64,000 nt of DNA from Paraburkholderia sp. GTDB taxonomy: Bacteria; Pseudomonadota; Gammaproteobacteria; Burkholderiales; Burkholderiaceae. Below are positions 18,818 through 28,767 of the stretch, one piece after another (position 1 is the stretch's first letter; each line of letters begins with the position of its first letter). A program made the position numbers and the translations under genes. Location: NCBI RefSeq assembly GCF_026225065.1, contig NZ_JAMFSB010000023.1, positions 32,556-96,555 on the forward strand, written 5' to 3'. The notes under the pieces are model-generated. The model did not search any database. It saw only the letters and a program-made list of their open reading frames with translations, and was not told the DNA's origin.

Positions 18818-19822
18818 TCAGCGGAAAGCGTACTCAGGATTGTGCCGATCGAAAGTGGCATCGCTCCAGTGGCGAGGGACGACGTTTTCGAAACGGATCA
18901 TCTCCAGCAGGTTGCCGTGCGCGTCCCACGCTGCTTCGCCGCTGGGCCATGGGTGCTGAAGATCGAACAGCAGCCGCACACGCGGCGCATAGTGCGCCGG
19001 CGGCCCTGAGCGGGCAACCCACGTCCACGCAAGCAAGCGCGTCCCCTGCGCATTCACGAGCTCGATACGGGTCGGCTTTTCGCCAAGGCCCTCTTCGCGA
19101 AAGCTGCGCGCGTCATGCTCGACGGTACGGGCGATGAACTGCAAACCCAGATCGCGCACGCTATGGCGCGACTGGGCGTGTGCGAACGATCCATCCACCG
19201 CCACCTTGCCTGACACGAGGCGCAGCAGGCCGCCGGCGTGGCCGTAGAGGCTGTCCGGATCCGTCGTTTCGTCGTATAAAATTTCCTGTCCCGCATGGGC
19301 GCCATCGGGCAGCCATTTTGCGTAGACCCTCCGCGGCGTGTCCTGGTAACGGATGATCATGTGATCGGGCCGCTCGGACCATCTGCCGGAAATACGCTCC
19401 TGCCGGAACATACTGTATTCGTAGCCATTGTCGAGCACCATGTCGAACTTCGCGTACTCGACGAAGGCCGCCGGCTTCATTGCGTTCATCAGGGAAAGGA
19501 TCTGATCGTCAGAGAGCGACAGCAGCGAATGATTTTCGATCCGCGCGCGCAAGGACTTCGCCTGTTCTTCGGCAGTGAGACAGCGGAACCGTTCGATGTC
19601 CGTGCTCACGGCATCCGATGTCGCGGCACGGGTGCACGCCATCGATGCGCCAGACAGGGCCACCGATACCGCACCGGCCGCTTGGGCGAAAGCGCCCGTT
19701 GAAACCATCAGGCAAGTCAATGCGAGTGCGAGCGCGCGCCGCCTGGTCCGCGCGCTTGCCTGTCGGCCTACAGCAGACAGCCGTCTCCAGCGTCGTGAAC
19801 CATTGGAACTCATGAACAGCAT
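18818..19822 (-). CDS. DUF1571-like exported protein
   Basis: Signal peptide (...GAFA-Q); RQERISG, PRRVYAKW..G.HAGQEILY and QSRHSVRDLG motifs. The start is uncertain (19822 or 19813). Confidence 0.7.
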   Translation of the reverse strand: MLFMSSNGSRRWRRLSAVGRQASARTRRRALALALTCLMVSTGAFAQAAGAVSVALSGASMACTRAATSDAVSTDIERFRCLTAEEQAKSLRARIENHSLLSLSDDQILSLMNAMKPAAFVEYAKFDMVLDNGYEYSMFRQERISGRWSERPDHMIIRYQDTPRRVYAKWLPDGAHAGQEILYDETTDPDSLYGHAGGLLRLVSGKVAVDGSFAHAQSRHSVRDLGLQFIARTVEHDARSFREEGLGEKPTRIELVNAQGTRLLAWTWVARSGPPAHYAPRVRLLFDLQHPWPSGEAAWDAHGNLLEMIRFENVVPRHWSDATFDRHNPEYAFR

Positions 19823-19958
19823 CCGGGTACCGGGTGGGCTCGACACATCAAGCGTCAACGCACTGTAAACGCAAGCTGACGCCCTTCTATTCCAGGCGGG
19901 CGGCATAAAAATTTGCTCGACCGTGGAATAAACCCATCGGCCCTCTCGTTTGCACATG

Positions 19959-19977
19959 GTTAATGCGAATCACTTTG
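19959..19977 (+). promoter_or_regulatory. Fur box candidate
   Basis: GTTAATGCGAATCACTTTG matches GATAATGATAATCATTATC at 13/19 positions; lies between the divergent DUF1571 and TonB-receptor genes. Confidence 0.6.
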
Positions 19978-20086
19978 ATTTGCGTTAACAAATTTAGCCC
20001 ACGGAATTGTGACAACGAACGTGTACCCGCGTCGTCTCCGTGGAAAACGAAAGCAACATGTAATAAAAACGAAAAGGGGATTGACG

Positions 20087-22342
20087 ATGAGTGTAAAGGG
20101 GAACCGAGAGACGATCTGCACGGCCCAGGTATGTAGGTATATCGGCAACACCGTGTTTTCTCTGGCGGCATTGGCCTTGTCGGAAGCGGCGCTGGCGCAG
20201 CAGAACGCGCAACCGGCAGCGCCCTCACAAGCCGAAACGGCGGTGACTACCCTGCCAGCCGTCAAGGTCGAAGGCAAAACGCCCGCTGACTATAGTCCAT
20301 ACGGCGGCAACGACAATGTCGACGTCCCGACCCAGGCCGCCAGCGCGAGCAAGACTGGCACGAAGCTGCAGGACCTGCCTTCGAACGTCCAGGTCATCCC
20401 GCGCGCCCTGCTGTCCGAACAGGGTGCGACGATGTTGCGGGAGAGCGTCAGCAACGCGAGCGGGATCAACGTAGGCGGACAGGACAGCAAAGGCTACTAC
20501 GACCACTTTCTGATTCGCGGCCTGAATGCGCAGATCTATGAGGACGGCTTCTCCGATGGCGATCTGCTCGGCGGCATCTCGCATTCGCTCAACGTCGTCG
20601 AAAGGATCGAGATTCTCGAGGGACCAGGCTCGGCGCTGTTCGGCAGCGGCCCTCCGGGCGGGACGATCAACATCGTTCACTACACGCCGTCGCCGGAACT
20701 TCATTACGGGGGAAGCCTGGAGGCCGGCTCGTTCGGCACGGTCTCGAACAGCGGCTACATCACCGGCCCCACCGGCATTGCTGGCCTGAACTACCGGGTG
20801 GACGCCACGTTCTCGCGCGCCGACGGCTTTCGCGATCTGTACAGCCGCGACGACGAAATCAGGCCGCAGCTGCAATGGCAACTGGGCAGCCATACGATCA
20901 ACTTCACCCTTGATCTCCGGCAGACCCACGAAACGCCGGATTCGTATGGGCTGATCTATTTCCACGGGACACCCATCAGCGATGTTTCGATCAATTCGAA
21001 GTACTCGACACCGTTTGCCTTCGCGAATGAGAACTTCGTCCGCCCGACGATTACGGACGCCTGGCGAATCAATGACTTCCTGACGATCAACAACCGCTTC
21101 TCCTATCTGCACCGCACGCTCGAAGTGCTGGGCAACGGCGACAGCACCAACACGAAGGTCGTCGGCGATGAAGTCGTGGGGCGGCAGCTTCGTCAGCAGG
21201 ATGACAATGACAACAGCTTCGACTATCAACTCGAGCCGGTCTGGCGATTCGGCACCGGAAGCGTCGCGCATACGTTGGTCACGGGCTTCGAATTCCAGCA
21301 TCAGACCATCGAAACGAACCGGAGCACGGCCGATCTGCCGAACATCCCCGATGCGTTCGCGCCGGTGCCACCGGAGACGTCTCTCGCGGGCCTGACGTTC
21401 CTGTGCGATGCCAAGCATTCCTGCGACGACGATGAGATGGCCGCGAACTACTACAGCCTGTACGCCACCGACCAGATCGATGTGACCGACAAGCTGAAGA
21501 TTCGCGCGGGTGTCCGGCAGGACTGGTGGGATACCTCGCTCACCCCGCTGATCTCGGTGCCCGGGGCTTTCAACTCCAACGGCCAGCCGATACTCGCAGG
21601 CGTCAAGGAGACCCAGGACAATGCGCCTGTCAGCTGGAACATCGGCGCGCTGTACAAGGTACTGCCATGGATGTCGCCGTATGTCGGCGTATCGAAGAGT
21701 TACCTCGCCAACTTCAATTCGGAAAACGCTCAGGATGGCATCGGCGCGCCGGAGTCAGCACTGCAATACGAGGCGGGTATCAAGTTTTCGTTTCTCGATG
21801 ACCGGATTGTGCTGAACACGGCCGCGTTCGATGTATCGCGGAACAACGTCGCAGCAGCTGTCACGCTCAACAGCGTGGAGTCGGTCGTGTTCGACAGTCA
21901 GAGGACTAAAGGCGCCGAGGCTTCGTTCGATGCCGCCGTTACGGATCATCTGCACGTCCTCGCAAACGTGACCGCACAGCACGCGGTGATCACCGACAAT
22001 CCGCAAGGCATCACGTCGGTGGGCAACCATCCGCAAGGTGCGCCGGCCTATATGGCCAACCTCTGGACAACTTACGATTTTTCGATCGGGGGAATTCCCG
22101 GCTTTCACGTTGGAGCAGGCGTGAATTACGTGGGTAAGAGCTATAGCGACATTACCAACGTCAATTCGATTCCGTCTTATGTGATTGCAAACGCGGCGTT
22201 CGGTTATGAAGCGCGTACGTGGGGCATCGACGTCAACGTCCACAACATCACGGACCGGCGCTATTTCGTGGCGGCTAACGCTGCAGGTGCCTACGTTGGT
22301 CAACCGCTGAGTGCGTTTGTGAACCTGCACGGAAACTTCTGA
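20087..22342 (+). CDS. TonB-dependent siderophore-type receptor
   Basis: SASKTGTKLQDLPSNVQVI, FLIRGL and VERIEILEGPGSALFGSGPPGGTIN motifs; terminal Phe. Confidence 0.95.
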   Translation: MSVKGNRETICTAQVCRYIGNTVFSLAALALSEAALAQQNAQPAAPSQAETAVTTLPAVKVEGKTPADYSPYGGNDNVDVPTQAASASKTGTKLQDLPSNVQVIPRALLSEQGATMLRESVSNASGINVGGQDSKGYYDHFLIRGLNAQIYEDGFSDGDLLGGISHSLNVVERIEILEGPGSALFGSGPPGGTINIVHYTPSPELHYGGSLEAGSFGTVSNSGYITGPTGIAGLNYRVDATFSRADGFRDLYSRDDEIRPQLQWQLGSHTINFTLDLRQTHETPDSYGLIYFHGTPISDVSINSKYSTPFAFANENFVRPTITDAWRINDFLTINNRFSYLHRTLEVLGNGDSTNTKVVGDEVVGRQLRQQDDNDNSFDYQLEPVWRFGTGSVAHTLVTGFEFQHQTIETNRSTADLPNIPDAFAPVPPETSLAGLTFLCDAKHSCDDDEMAANYYSLYATDQIDVTDKLKIRAGVRQDWWDTSLTPLISVPGAFNSNGQPILAGVKETQDNAPVSWNIGALYKVLPWMSPYVGVSKSYLANFNSENAQDGIGAPESALQYEAGIKFSFLDDRIVLNTAAFDVSRNNVAAAVTLNSVESVVFDSQRTKGAEASFDAAVTDHLHVLANVTAQHAVITDNPQGITSVGNHPQGAPAYMANLWTTYDFSIGGIPGFHVGAGVNYVGKSYSDITNVNSIPSYVIANAAFGYEARTWGIDVNVHNITDRRYFVAANAAGAYVGQPLSAFVNLHGNF

Positions 22343-22379
22343 TTGGGGAGACGGCGCGCGTCTGGCGCCATATTGCTCA

Positions 22380-22416
22380 AGGGGCGGCGCTCGCCATTTC
22401 GGCCAGCGCCGCCCCT
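22380..22416. terminator. GC-rich hairpin between convergent genes
   Basis: AGGGGCGGCGCT...AGCGCCGCCCCT, a 12-bp perfect stem. Confidence 0.6.
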
Positions 22417-22482
22417 CCGATGCTTCGATGCTTCGATGCGTCGGCCGTCGCGGCCACGCCAACGCATCGCTTTCTTTCAGAC

Positions 22483-23994
22483 CTACTTCGCCGTCGGCAT
22501 GGCGAACTCGGCACCCTTCTCGGTGCTCTCTGGCCAACGCTGCATGATCGACTTCTGCTTCGTGTAGAAGCGTACGCCCTCCTCGCCGTATGCATGCATG
22601 TCGCCGAACAGGCTACGCTTCCAGCCACCGAAGCCGTGCCACGCCATCGGCACAGGAATCGGCACATTGATGCCAACCATGCCGACTTCGATCCGGCGTC
22701 CGAATTCGCGCGCAACGTGACCATCACGCGTATAGCACGCCACGCCGTTACCAAATTCGTGGGCATTGATCAGGTCGACCGCCTCGGTGAAATCCTTGAC
22801 GCGAACGCAGGCAAGCACCGGACCGAAAATCTCTTCCTTGTAGATGCGCATTTCCGGCGTCACGTTATCGAACAGCGTGCCCCCGGTAAAGAAGCCGTCT
22901 TCGTGACCCGCAACCTTCAAACCGCGGCCGTCGACGACGAGCTTTGCACCTTCTTCGACCCCAAGCTTGATATAGCCTTCGATGCGCTCCAGCGCCTGGC
23001 GCGTCACGATCGGGCCCATTTCCGCATCGGGCTCCATACCGTTCTTCACCACCAGATTGCGGGCACGTTCGGCGAGACGCGGGATGATCTTGTCGGCCAC
23101 ATCGCCCACCAGCACTGCCACGGAAATCGCCATGCAACGCTCGCCAGCGGAGCCGTAACCTGCACCGACCAGCGCGTCGATGGCCTGGTCGAGATCGGCA
23201 TCGGGCATCACCACCATGTGGTTCTTCGCGCCGCCCAGCGCCTGCACACGCTTGCCGTTTTTTGCGCCGGTCTCGTAGATATAGTTGGCAATCGGCGTCG
23301 AACCGACAAAGCTCACCGCCTTTACGTCAGGATGTGCCAGCAGCGCGTCGACCACGACCTTGTCGCCCTGCACGACATTGAACACGCCATCCGGCAGCCC
23401 GGCTTTCTGCAGGAGCTCGGCCATAAACAGCGCCGCCGACGGATCGCGCTCGCTCGGCTTCAGAATGAATGTGTTGCCGGCCGCGATGGCAACGGGGAAC
23501 ATCCAGCACGGCACCATGCACGGGAAGTTGAACGGCGTGATGCCTGCCACCACGCCCAGTGCCTGACGCGTGGTCCAGTTGTCGATGCCGGTCGAGACCT
23601 GCTCGGTGTAGTCGCCCTTGAGCAGTTGCGGAATACCGCAGGCAAATTCGATCACGTCGATGCCGCGCGAGACTTCGCCCTGGGCATCGGAGAACACCTT
23701 GCCATGCTCGGCTGTGATGATGGCCGCGAGCTCGTCTTTATGCTTGTTCATCAATTCGAGGAAACGCAGCATGACCCGCGCACGGCGGATCGGCGGCGTG
23801 TCGCTCCACGCCGGAAACGCGGCTTTCGCGCTCGCAACAGCCGCTTCGACGTCTGCGGTTTCACCCAGCAACAACGTGCGGGGCCGCGCACCGGTGGCCG
23901 GGTTGAACACCGGCTGAGTGCGGGTGCCCGCACTTTTCACACGCTTGCCGTGGATGAAATGTCCTACGTCCGCACTATCGTTGAAGGCTTGCAT
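22483..23994 (-). CDS. mmsA: CoA-acylating methylmalonate/malonate-semialdehyde dehydrogenase
   Basis: [46 protein letters not shown] and GINVPIPVP motifs. Confidence 0.95.
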   Translation of the reverse strand: MQAFNDSADVGHFIHGKRVKSAGTRTQPVFNPATGARPRTLLLGETADVEAAVASAKAAFPAWSDTPPIRRARVMLRFLELMNKHKDELAAIITAEHGKVFSDAQGEVSRGIDVIEFACGIPQLLKGDYTEQVSTGIDNWTTRQALGVVAGITPFNFPCMVPCWMFPVAIAAGNTFILKPSERDPSAALFMAELLQKAGLPDGVFNVVQGDKVVVDALLAHPDVKAVSFVGSTPIANYIYETGAKNGKRVQALGGAKNHMVVMPDADLDQAIDALVGAGYGSAGERCMAISVAVLVGDVADKIIPRLAERARNLVVKNGMEPDAEMGPIVTRQALERIEGYIKLGVEEGAKLVVDGRGLKVAGHEDGFFTGGTLFDNVTPEMRIYKEEIFGPVLACVRVKDFTEAVDLINAHEFGNGVACYTRDGHVAREFGRRIEVGMVGINVPIPVPMAWHGFGGWKRSLFGDMHAYGEEGVRFYTKQKSIMQRWPESTEKGAEFAMPTAK

Positions 23995-24073
23995 GTCGAC
24001 TCCTGGTCGTGGATTGGCGATTTACATAGTCTAGGGGCCTACGCCCCCCGCTGCAAAGGCGCTATCATTGAAC

Positions 24074-24099
24074 TCATTGTTTTCTATAGTGAACAATGA
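24074..24099. promoter_or_regulatory. LysR recognition site
   Basis: Inverted repeat TCATTGTT-N10-AACAATGA directly upstream of the LysR start, in the divergent intergenic region. Confidence 0.6.
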
Positions 24100-24103
24100 C
24101 TGT

Positions 24104-25045
24104 ATGGAAAGCGGAAAAATTGAAGGCTTGTGGACCCATCTGCACTGGCTGACCGTACTCGCGGAACAGGGCAGCTATACGGCTGCCGCCTCGCGCCTCG
24201 GGGTCAGCAAGGCCGCAATGAGCCAACGTATCTCGGAACTGGAGCGCTCGGCAGGTATTTCTCTGGTGCAGCGCACCACGCGCAGCGTGCGCCTGACCGA
24301 AGCGGGCCAGCGGCTCGTCGAGAACACGCGCAGCCAGTATGAACAGATCGCCACCAGCTTCGCCAGCGTACGGGAACTGGCCGGCGTGGCGCGCGGGGTC
24401 ATCAGGATCACCGCGCCGGTGGCCTTCGCCCGGCAGCAACTGGTGCCCAGATTGCCCGCGTTTTTGCAGGCCCACGCCGAGGTCCGGGTGCAGCTCGAGG
24501 TTTCCGACCGGCTTGCCTCGCTCGCCACGGAAGGCTTCGATCTGGCGATTCGCCATAGCGCGGAAGCGCCGGATACGCACGTGGCCTGGAAACTCTGCGG
24601 CACGCAGTCGGTGATCGCGGCCTCGCGAGGTTATCTGCGGCGGCGCGGTACCCCTGGCACGCCCGAAGAGTTGTCGTCCCACGATTGCCTGTTCTATCCG
24701 CGCGCAACCGGTCCTGCGATGTGGTCCTTCGAGCGCAAGACGGCGCGCAAGACGGCCACCGCGCCCGTCACGCTGCCGGTGAGCGGACCGTTTTCCGCCA
24801 ACAACAGCGAAGACCTGCGCGATGCGGCGCTCGAAGACCTGGGCATCGCGCTGCTACCCGATTTCACGGCACAGGCCGCCGTACGCGCCGGCAAGCTCGT
24901 TGTGCTGTTGCCCGAGTGGCGCGTCACTGGTGCATTTGCGGACCAGCTTTACGTGCTACGGCCCTACGCGTCCCATGTGCCTCGCGCCGTGAGCCTGTTC
25001 GTCAGCTATCTGCGAGAGAGCTTGGCCGGCGGCTTCCCGCTTTAG
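24104..25045 (+). CDS. LysR-family regulator (CrgA/PtxR-like), divergent from mmsA
   Basis: GSYTAAASRLGVSKAAMSQRISELE..LVQRTTRSVRLTEAG. Confidence 0.93.
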   Translation: MESGKIEGLWTHLHWLTVLAEQGSYTAAASRLGVSKAAMSQRISELERSAGISLVQRTTRSVRLTEAGQRLVENTRSQYEQIATSFASVRELAGVARGVIRITAPVAFARQQLVPRLPAFLQAHAEVRVQLEVSDRLASLATEGFDLAIRHSAEAPDTHVAWKLCGTQSVIAASRGYLRRRGTPGTPEELSSHDCLFYPRATGPAMWSFERKTARKTATAPVTLPVSGPFSANNSEDLRDAALEDLGIALLPDFTAQAAVRAGKLVVLLPEWRVTGAFADQLYVLRPYASHVPRAVSLFVSYLRESLAGGFPL

Positions 25046-25216
25046 GACGGACGGTTTAGCGCGGGACCCACCGCGCCGCATTTATTCCTCGGAGTCACAA
25101 GTGTTTGACCATGGCGGGTATTCGAACTTTGCGCCAACGCGCCTAGATTGAACACCTATCGGAGCCACCGGCCCGACCGGCGCAAGAGCCGGGTCAAATA
25201 CACACTGAGGATTATC

Positions 25217-25927
25217 ATGAGCACTTCACAAAAGGTCGTCGTCGTTACAGGTGCGTCGCAAGGCATCGGCGCAGAAGTGGTTAAAGCATTCCGTCAACTC
25301 GGCTATCGCGTGGCCGCCACGGCGCGCAGCATCAAGCCGTCGGACGATCCAGATCTTCTGACCGTCGCAGGCGACATCGCCGATCCCGAAACCGGCCGTC
25401 GCCTGATCAGCGAAGCCGTGGCGCGCTTTGGCCGCATCGATACGCTGGTCAACAACGCCGGTATCTTTATCGCCAAGCCCTTTACCAGCTACACGCCGGA
25501 AGACTATGCAGCGATCACCGGCGTGAATCTGGGCGGCTTCTTCTACATTACGCAACTGGCCATCGCCGAGATGGAAAAAAATTCAAGCGGCCATATCGTC
25601 AACCTCAGCACCACGCTCGCCGACCAGGCCATTGAAGGTGTGCCTTCGGTGCTCGCTTCGCTGACTAAGGGGGGTCTGAATGCGGCGACCCGGTCACTCG
25701 CGATCGAATACGCAAAACGCGGTATTCGCGCCAATGCTGTTGCGCCCGGCATCATCAAATCGCCGATGCACGCACCTGAAACGCATGCTGCGCTCGGCGC
25801 CCTCCATCCGGTCGGGCATATGGGCGAAATGAGCGATATCGTGAACGCCATCCTGTATCTGGATTCCGCTCCGTTCGTCACAGGCGAAATCCTGCACGTC
25901 GACGGTGGCCAGAGCGCCGGCCACTAA
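25217..25927 (+). CDS. SDR family oxidoreductase
   Basis: TGASQGIG and NNAG motifs; ASLTK at the YxxxK position (Tyr replaced); VTGEILHVDGG. Confidence 0.9.
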   Translation: MSTSQKVVVVTGASQGIGAEVVKAFRQLGYRVAATARSIKPSDDPDLLTVAGDIADPETGRRLISEAVARFGRIDTLVNNAGIFIAKPFTSYTPEDYAAITGVNLGGFFYITQLAIAEMEKNSSGHIVNLSTTLADQAIEGVPSVLASLTKGGLNAATRSLAIEYAKRGIRANAVAPGIIKSPMHAPETHAALGALHPVGHMGEMSDIVNAILYLDSAPFVTGEILHVDGGQSAGH

Positions 25928-26003
25928 GCGCAAACGGGCGCTCGCCGCCGGGTAGGTCCTGGCCGCGAGCGCCCAGCCGTCCGATACTTTCAAGGAGAAC
26001 AGC

Positions 26004-26234
26004 ATGCCAATCGTCACGATCCAGGTCACCCGCGAAGGCAGCAAGCCGGGCAACGACTCCGTCACCGCGGAAGAAAAGGCGCAACTGATCAAGGGCGCGA
26101 GCCAGCTCCTGCTCGACGTGCTGAACAAGCCGCTCGAAGCGACCTTCGTGGTCATCGAGGAGGTTGAAACCGAGAACTGGGGCTGGGGGGGACTGCCGGT
26201 CGAGGCGTATCGAAAGCAGCGCAGCCAGAAGTAG
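26004..26234 (+). CDS. 4-oxalocrotonate tautomerase family protein
   Basis: N-terminal Pro (MPIVTIQ); EEKAQLI and VVIEEVETENWGWGG. Confidence 0.92.
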   Translation: MPIVTIQVTREGSKPGNDSVTAEEKAQLIKGASQLLLDVLNKPLEATFVVIEEVETENWGWGGLPVEAYRKQRSQK

Positions 26235-26299
26235 CAGGAGCGCCCGCGTCGCACGGTACACTTGGGGAGGCAATCTCGCCGCCGACCCTCTGATGCAAC

Positions 26300-27226
26300 A
26301 TGGACCGTATCGACGCGATGAAAGTGTTTATCGCCACGCTGGACGAAGGCAGTCTGGCGGGCGCGGCGCGCCGCCTTGGCCGGTCTCCGGCGGCGGTGAG
26401 CCGGGCGATCGCCTTTCTCGAAGAACACACCGGCGCGGCCCTGCTGCACCGGACCACCAGAACGATCAAGTTAAGCGAAGCGGGCGAACGCTATGCGTCC
26501 GCCTGCCGTCGCATCCTGACTGAACTCGAAGAAGCCGATCTGCTGGTTGCGGATGAGCGCTCGGCGCCCCGCGGACTGCTGACGATAACCGCGCCGGTTG
26601 CGGCCGGCGAGGATGTGCTGCGCGGCATCGTGGACGACTTCATCGACCGCTACCCGGACGTCTCGGTACGCCTGCAACTGCTCGACCGTCCGGTGAGCCT
26701 GATCGACGAGGGTGTCGACGTGGCGTTGCGCATTGCGCATCTGCCGGACTCGACGCTGATCGCGATACCGATTGGCGAAGTCCGGCGAGTGGTGGCGGCC
26801 TCTCCACAGTACCTCGCCAAACATCCGCGCATCAATGAGCCGGCTGACCTCGCTCTCCATCAGATCATTTCGATGACGCATTTCGGGCTGGATTCGTGGA
26901 GCTTTCCACCCGCGGGCCGCTCCACTATTCCGCTCGTGGTGGCATTCACACCACGCTTTATCGTCAACACCATCCAGGCCGCGGTCGACTCGGCGGTAGC
27001 CGGTCGCGGCGTCACGCGCATGTTTTCCTACCACGTGGCGCAGGAAGTCAAAGAAGGCACGCTCAAGCTCGTCCTGCGCGATGCCGAACACGCGCCCCTC
27101 CCCATTCATCTTCTGACGCCACAGGGACGCCTCTCGGTCCCGAAAGTGCGCGCGTTTGTCGACTTCGCGACGCCGCGGCTGCGCCGTCATTTCAAGCAGA
27201 TGCAGCCGGTTACAGACGCTGATTAA
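26300..27226 (+). CDS. LysR-family regulator
   Basis: GSLAGAARRLGRSPAAVSRAIAFLE..LLHRTTR; PKVRAFVDF. Confidence 0.93.
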   Translation: MDRIDAMKVFIATLDEGSLAGAARRLGRSPAAVSRAIAFLEEHTGAALLHRTTRTIKLSEAGERYASACRRILTELEEADLLVADERSAPRGLLTITAPVAAGEDVLRGIVDDFIDRYPDVSVRLQLLDRPVSLIDEGVDVALRIAHLPDSTLIAIPIGEVRRVVAASPQYLAKHPRINEPADLALHQIISMTHFGLDSWSFPPAGRSTIPLVVAFTPRFIVNTIQAAVDSAVAGRGVTRMFSYHVAQEVKEGTLKLVLRDAEHAPLPIHLLTPQGRLSVPKVRAFVDFATPRLRRHFKQMQPVTDAD

Positions 27227-27361
27227 ACCGTGCGGCGGAAGAATGTCTTCCGTGTCGAATGGATTCTCTCCTTATATGGTTCAATCTAGACTGTTCCCAT
27301 GAGTGACAGATGGGCGCCGCATCGCTGGCGCTCGCATCCTGGCTGCCGCACTGAGGACGAC

Positions 27362-28618
27362 ATGAATCAAACTGCCCAATCGCTGTTGCATCCGGTTCAG
27401 CAACCGGCGTCGCGCGGTTATGCCGAGCGCAACGAGAATCACTGGAAACGCAATCTTGCGGTCTGCGTATTCGGTTCGTTCACCACGCTCGTCAGCCTGA
27501 GCATGCTGTTGCCGTTCCTGCCGTTATACGTGCGGCAGCTCGGCGTCGAATCGACGTCCGCCGTGATCCAATGGTCAGGCATTGCTTTCGGCGCGACGTT
27601 TCTTGGCACAGCGGTGACCGCGCCGCTGTGGGGACGCCTTGCCGATCGCTACGGCCGCAAGCCGATGCTGGTGCGCGCGGCGATCGGCATGGCCATCGTG
27701 ATGTCGCTGATCGGGGTGGTCCATTCGGTCCACGAACTGGTCGCGCTGCGTCTGATCGCCGGTCTGGTGGGCGGCTACTCGTCGGCCTCTACCGTGATGG
27801 TGGGCTCGCAGGCGCCCAAGGCGCGCGCCGGCTGGGCATTGGGGATACTGTCGACAGGAGCGCTGGCGGGCAATCTGGTGGGACCGCTGGTCGGCGGCCT
27901 GTTGCCCGAATGGATCGGGATTCGCGGCACCTTCTTCGCCGGCGGCGCGATGATCGCAGTGGCGGCGTTGCTCACGATCTTTCTGGTGAAAGAGGACTTC
28001 AATCCGGCCGACCACGTGAGCAACCGTGCTGCCAGCAAGACCGCGACGCCGGGTCGCCGGACCAACTATGTCGTAGTGGCCGCGCTCCTTGTCACCGCGA
28101 TGATGGTGCTGCTTGCGAACATGTCGATCGAGCCGATCATCACCGTGTATATCGGCGGCCTGGGTGTGCAGGCGGATCATCTGGCCCGGGTCGCGGGCCT
28201 GGTCATGGCGTGTTCCGCGTTGGGCAGCATGTTGACGGCGGCCCGGCTTGGCGCACTGGCCGATCGCATCGGCGGCTGGAATGTGATTATCGGGTGTCTG
28301 GTGCTCACCGGTCTCGTGATGATCCCGCAGGCCTTCGTCACCGAATGGTGGCAACTGGCCGGATTGCGCATGCTGATGGGCATGACGCTCGCCGGTCTGC
28401 TGCCGTCTATCGCCAAGCTGGCCAGAAACTCAGTCGACGAGAGCAAGACGGGGCAAATGCTCGGGTATCTGCAGTCAGCGCAGTTTAGTGGCCAAGTGAT
28501 CGGCCCGGTGATTGGCGGCCAGATCGGCGTGGCGCTTGGGCTGCACTCGGTGTTTTTCGTCACCGGCTCCTTGCTGGTGGCATGTGCCGGGCTCGCGCTT
28601 TGGGCGCGTAAGTCCTAG
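27362..28618 (+). CDS. MFS transporter (MdtG/DHA1-like)
   Basis: WKRNL, PFLPLYV and WGRLADRYGRKPMLVRA motifs. Confidence 0.9.
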   Translation: MNQTAQSLLHPVQQPASRGYAERNENHWKRNLAVCVFGSFTTLVSLSMLLPFLPLYVRQLGVESTSAVIQWSGIAFGATFLGTAVTAPLWGRLADRYGRKPMLVRAAIGMAIVMSLIGVVHSVHELVALRLIAGLVGGYSSASTVMVGSQAPKARAGWALGILSTGALAGNLVGPLVGGLLPEWIGIRGTFFAGGAMIAVAALLTIFLVKEDFNPADHVSNRAASKTATPGRRTNYVVVAALLVTAMMVLLANMSIEPIITVYIGGLGVQADHLARVAGLVMACSALGSMLTAARLGALADRIGGWNVIIGCLVLTGLVMIPQAFVTEWWQLAGLRMLMGMTLAGLLPSIAKLARNSVDESKTGQMLGYLQSAQFSGQVIGPVIGGQIGVALGLHSVFFVTGSLLVACAGLALWARKS

Positions 28619-28638
28619 GAGGCGGCGCTCGGGCCGAA

Positions 28639-28737
28639 TACAGGCTTACGGCTGTATTTTGTATTAACAGCCTTTAGCTTGTATTTGCAAAATACAGAGG
28701 ATAAACTGTTAGTTCGATTTACAGTCTTTAACCTGTA
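28639..28737. promoter_or_regulatory. Four tandem palindromic operators (TACAG-N8-CTGTA) of hipBA
   Basis: Sites start at 28639, 28666, 28693 and 28720, an exact 27-bp period, directly upstream of hipB. Confidence 0.8.
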
Positions 28738-28767
28738 TGAGCGTTCAGATACGGAACGGAGCCTCCC

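Noticed and set aside
22418-22441. CGATGCTT x2 + CGATGCGT tandem 8-mer
   Set aside because: Three copies in a convergent intergenic gap; probably slippage with no evident function.
28652-28724. CTGT...ACAG strings in the hip promoter read as LexA/SOS boxes
   Set aside because: The spacing is CTG-N13-CAG, not CTG-N10-CAG. They are by-products of the adjacent hip operators.
28639-28737. 27-bp periodic repeat read as a mini-CRISPR or iteron array
   Set aside because: The units are 18-bp palindromes with 9-bp gaps, too short for spacers. There is no cas or rep gene, and the position fits operators.
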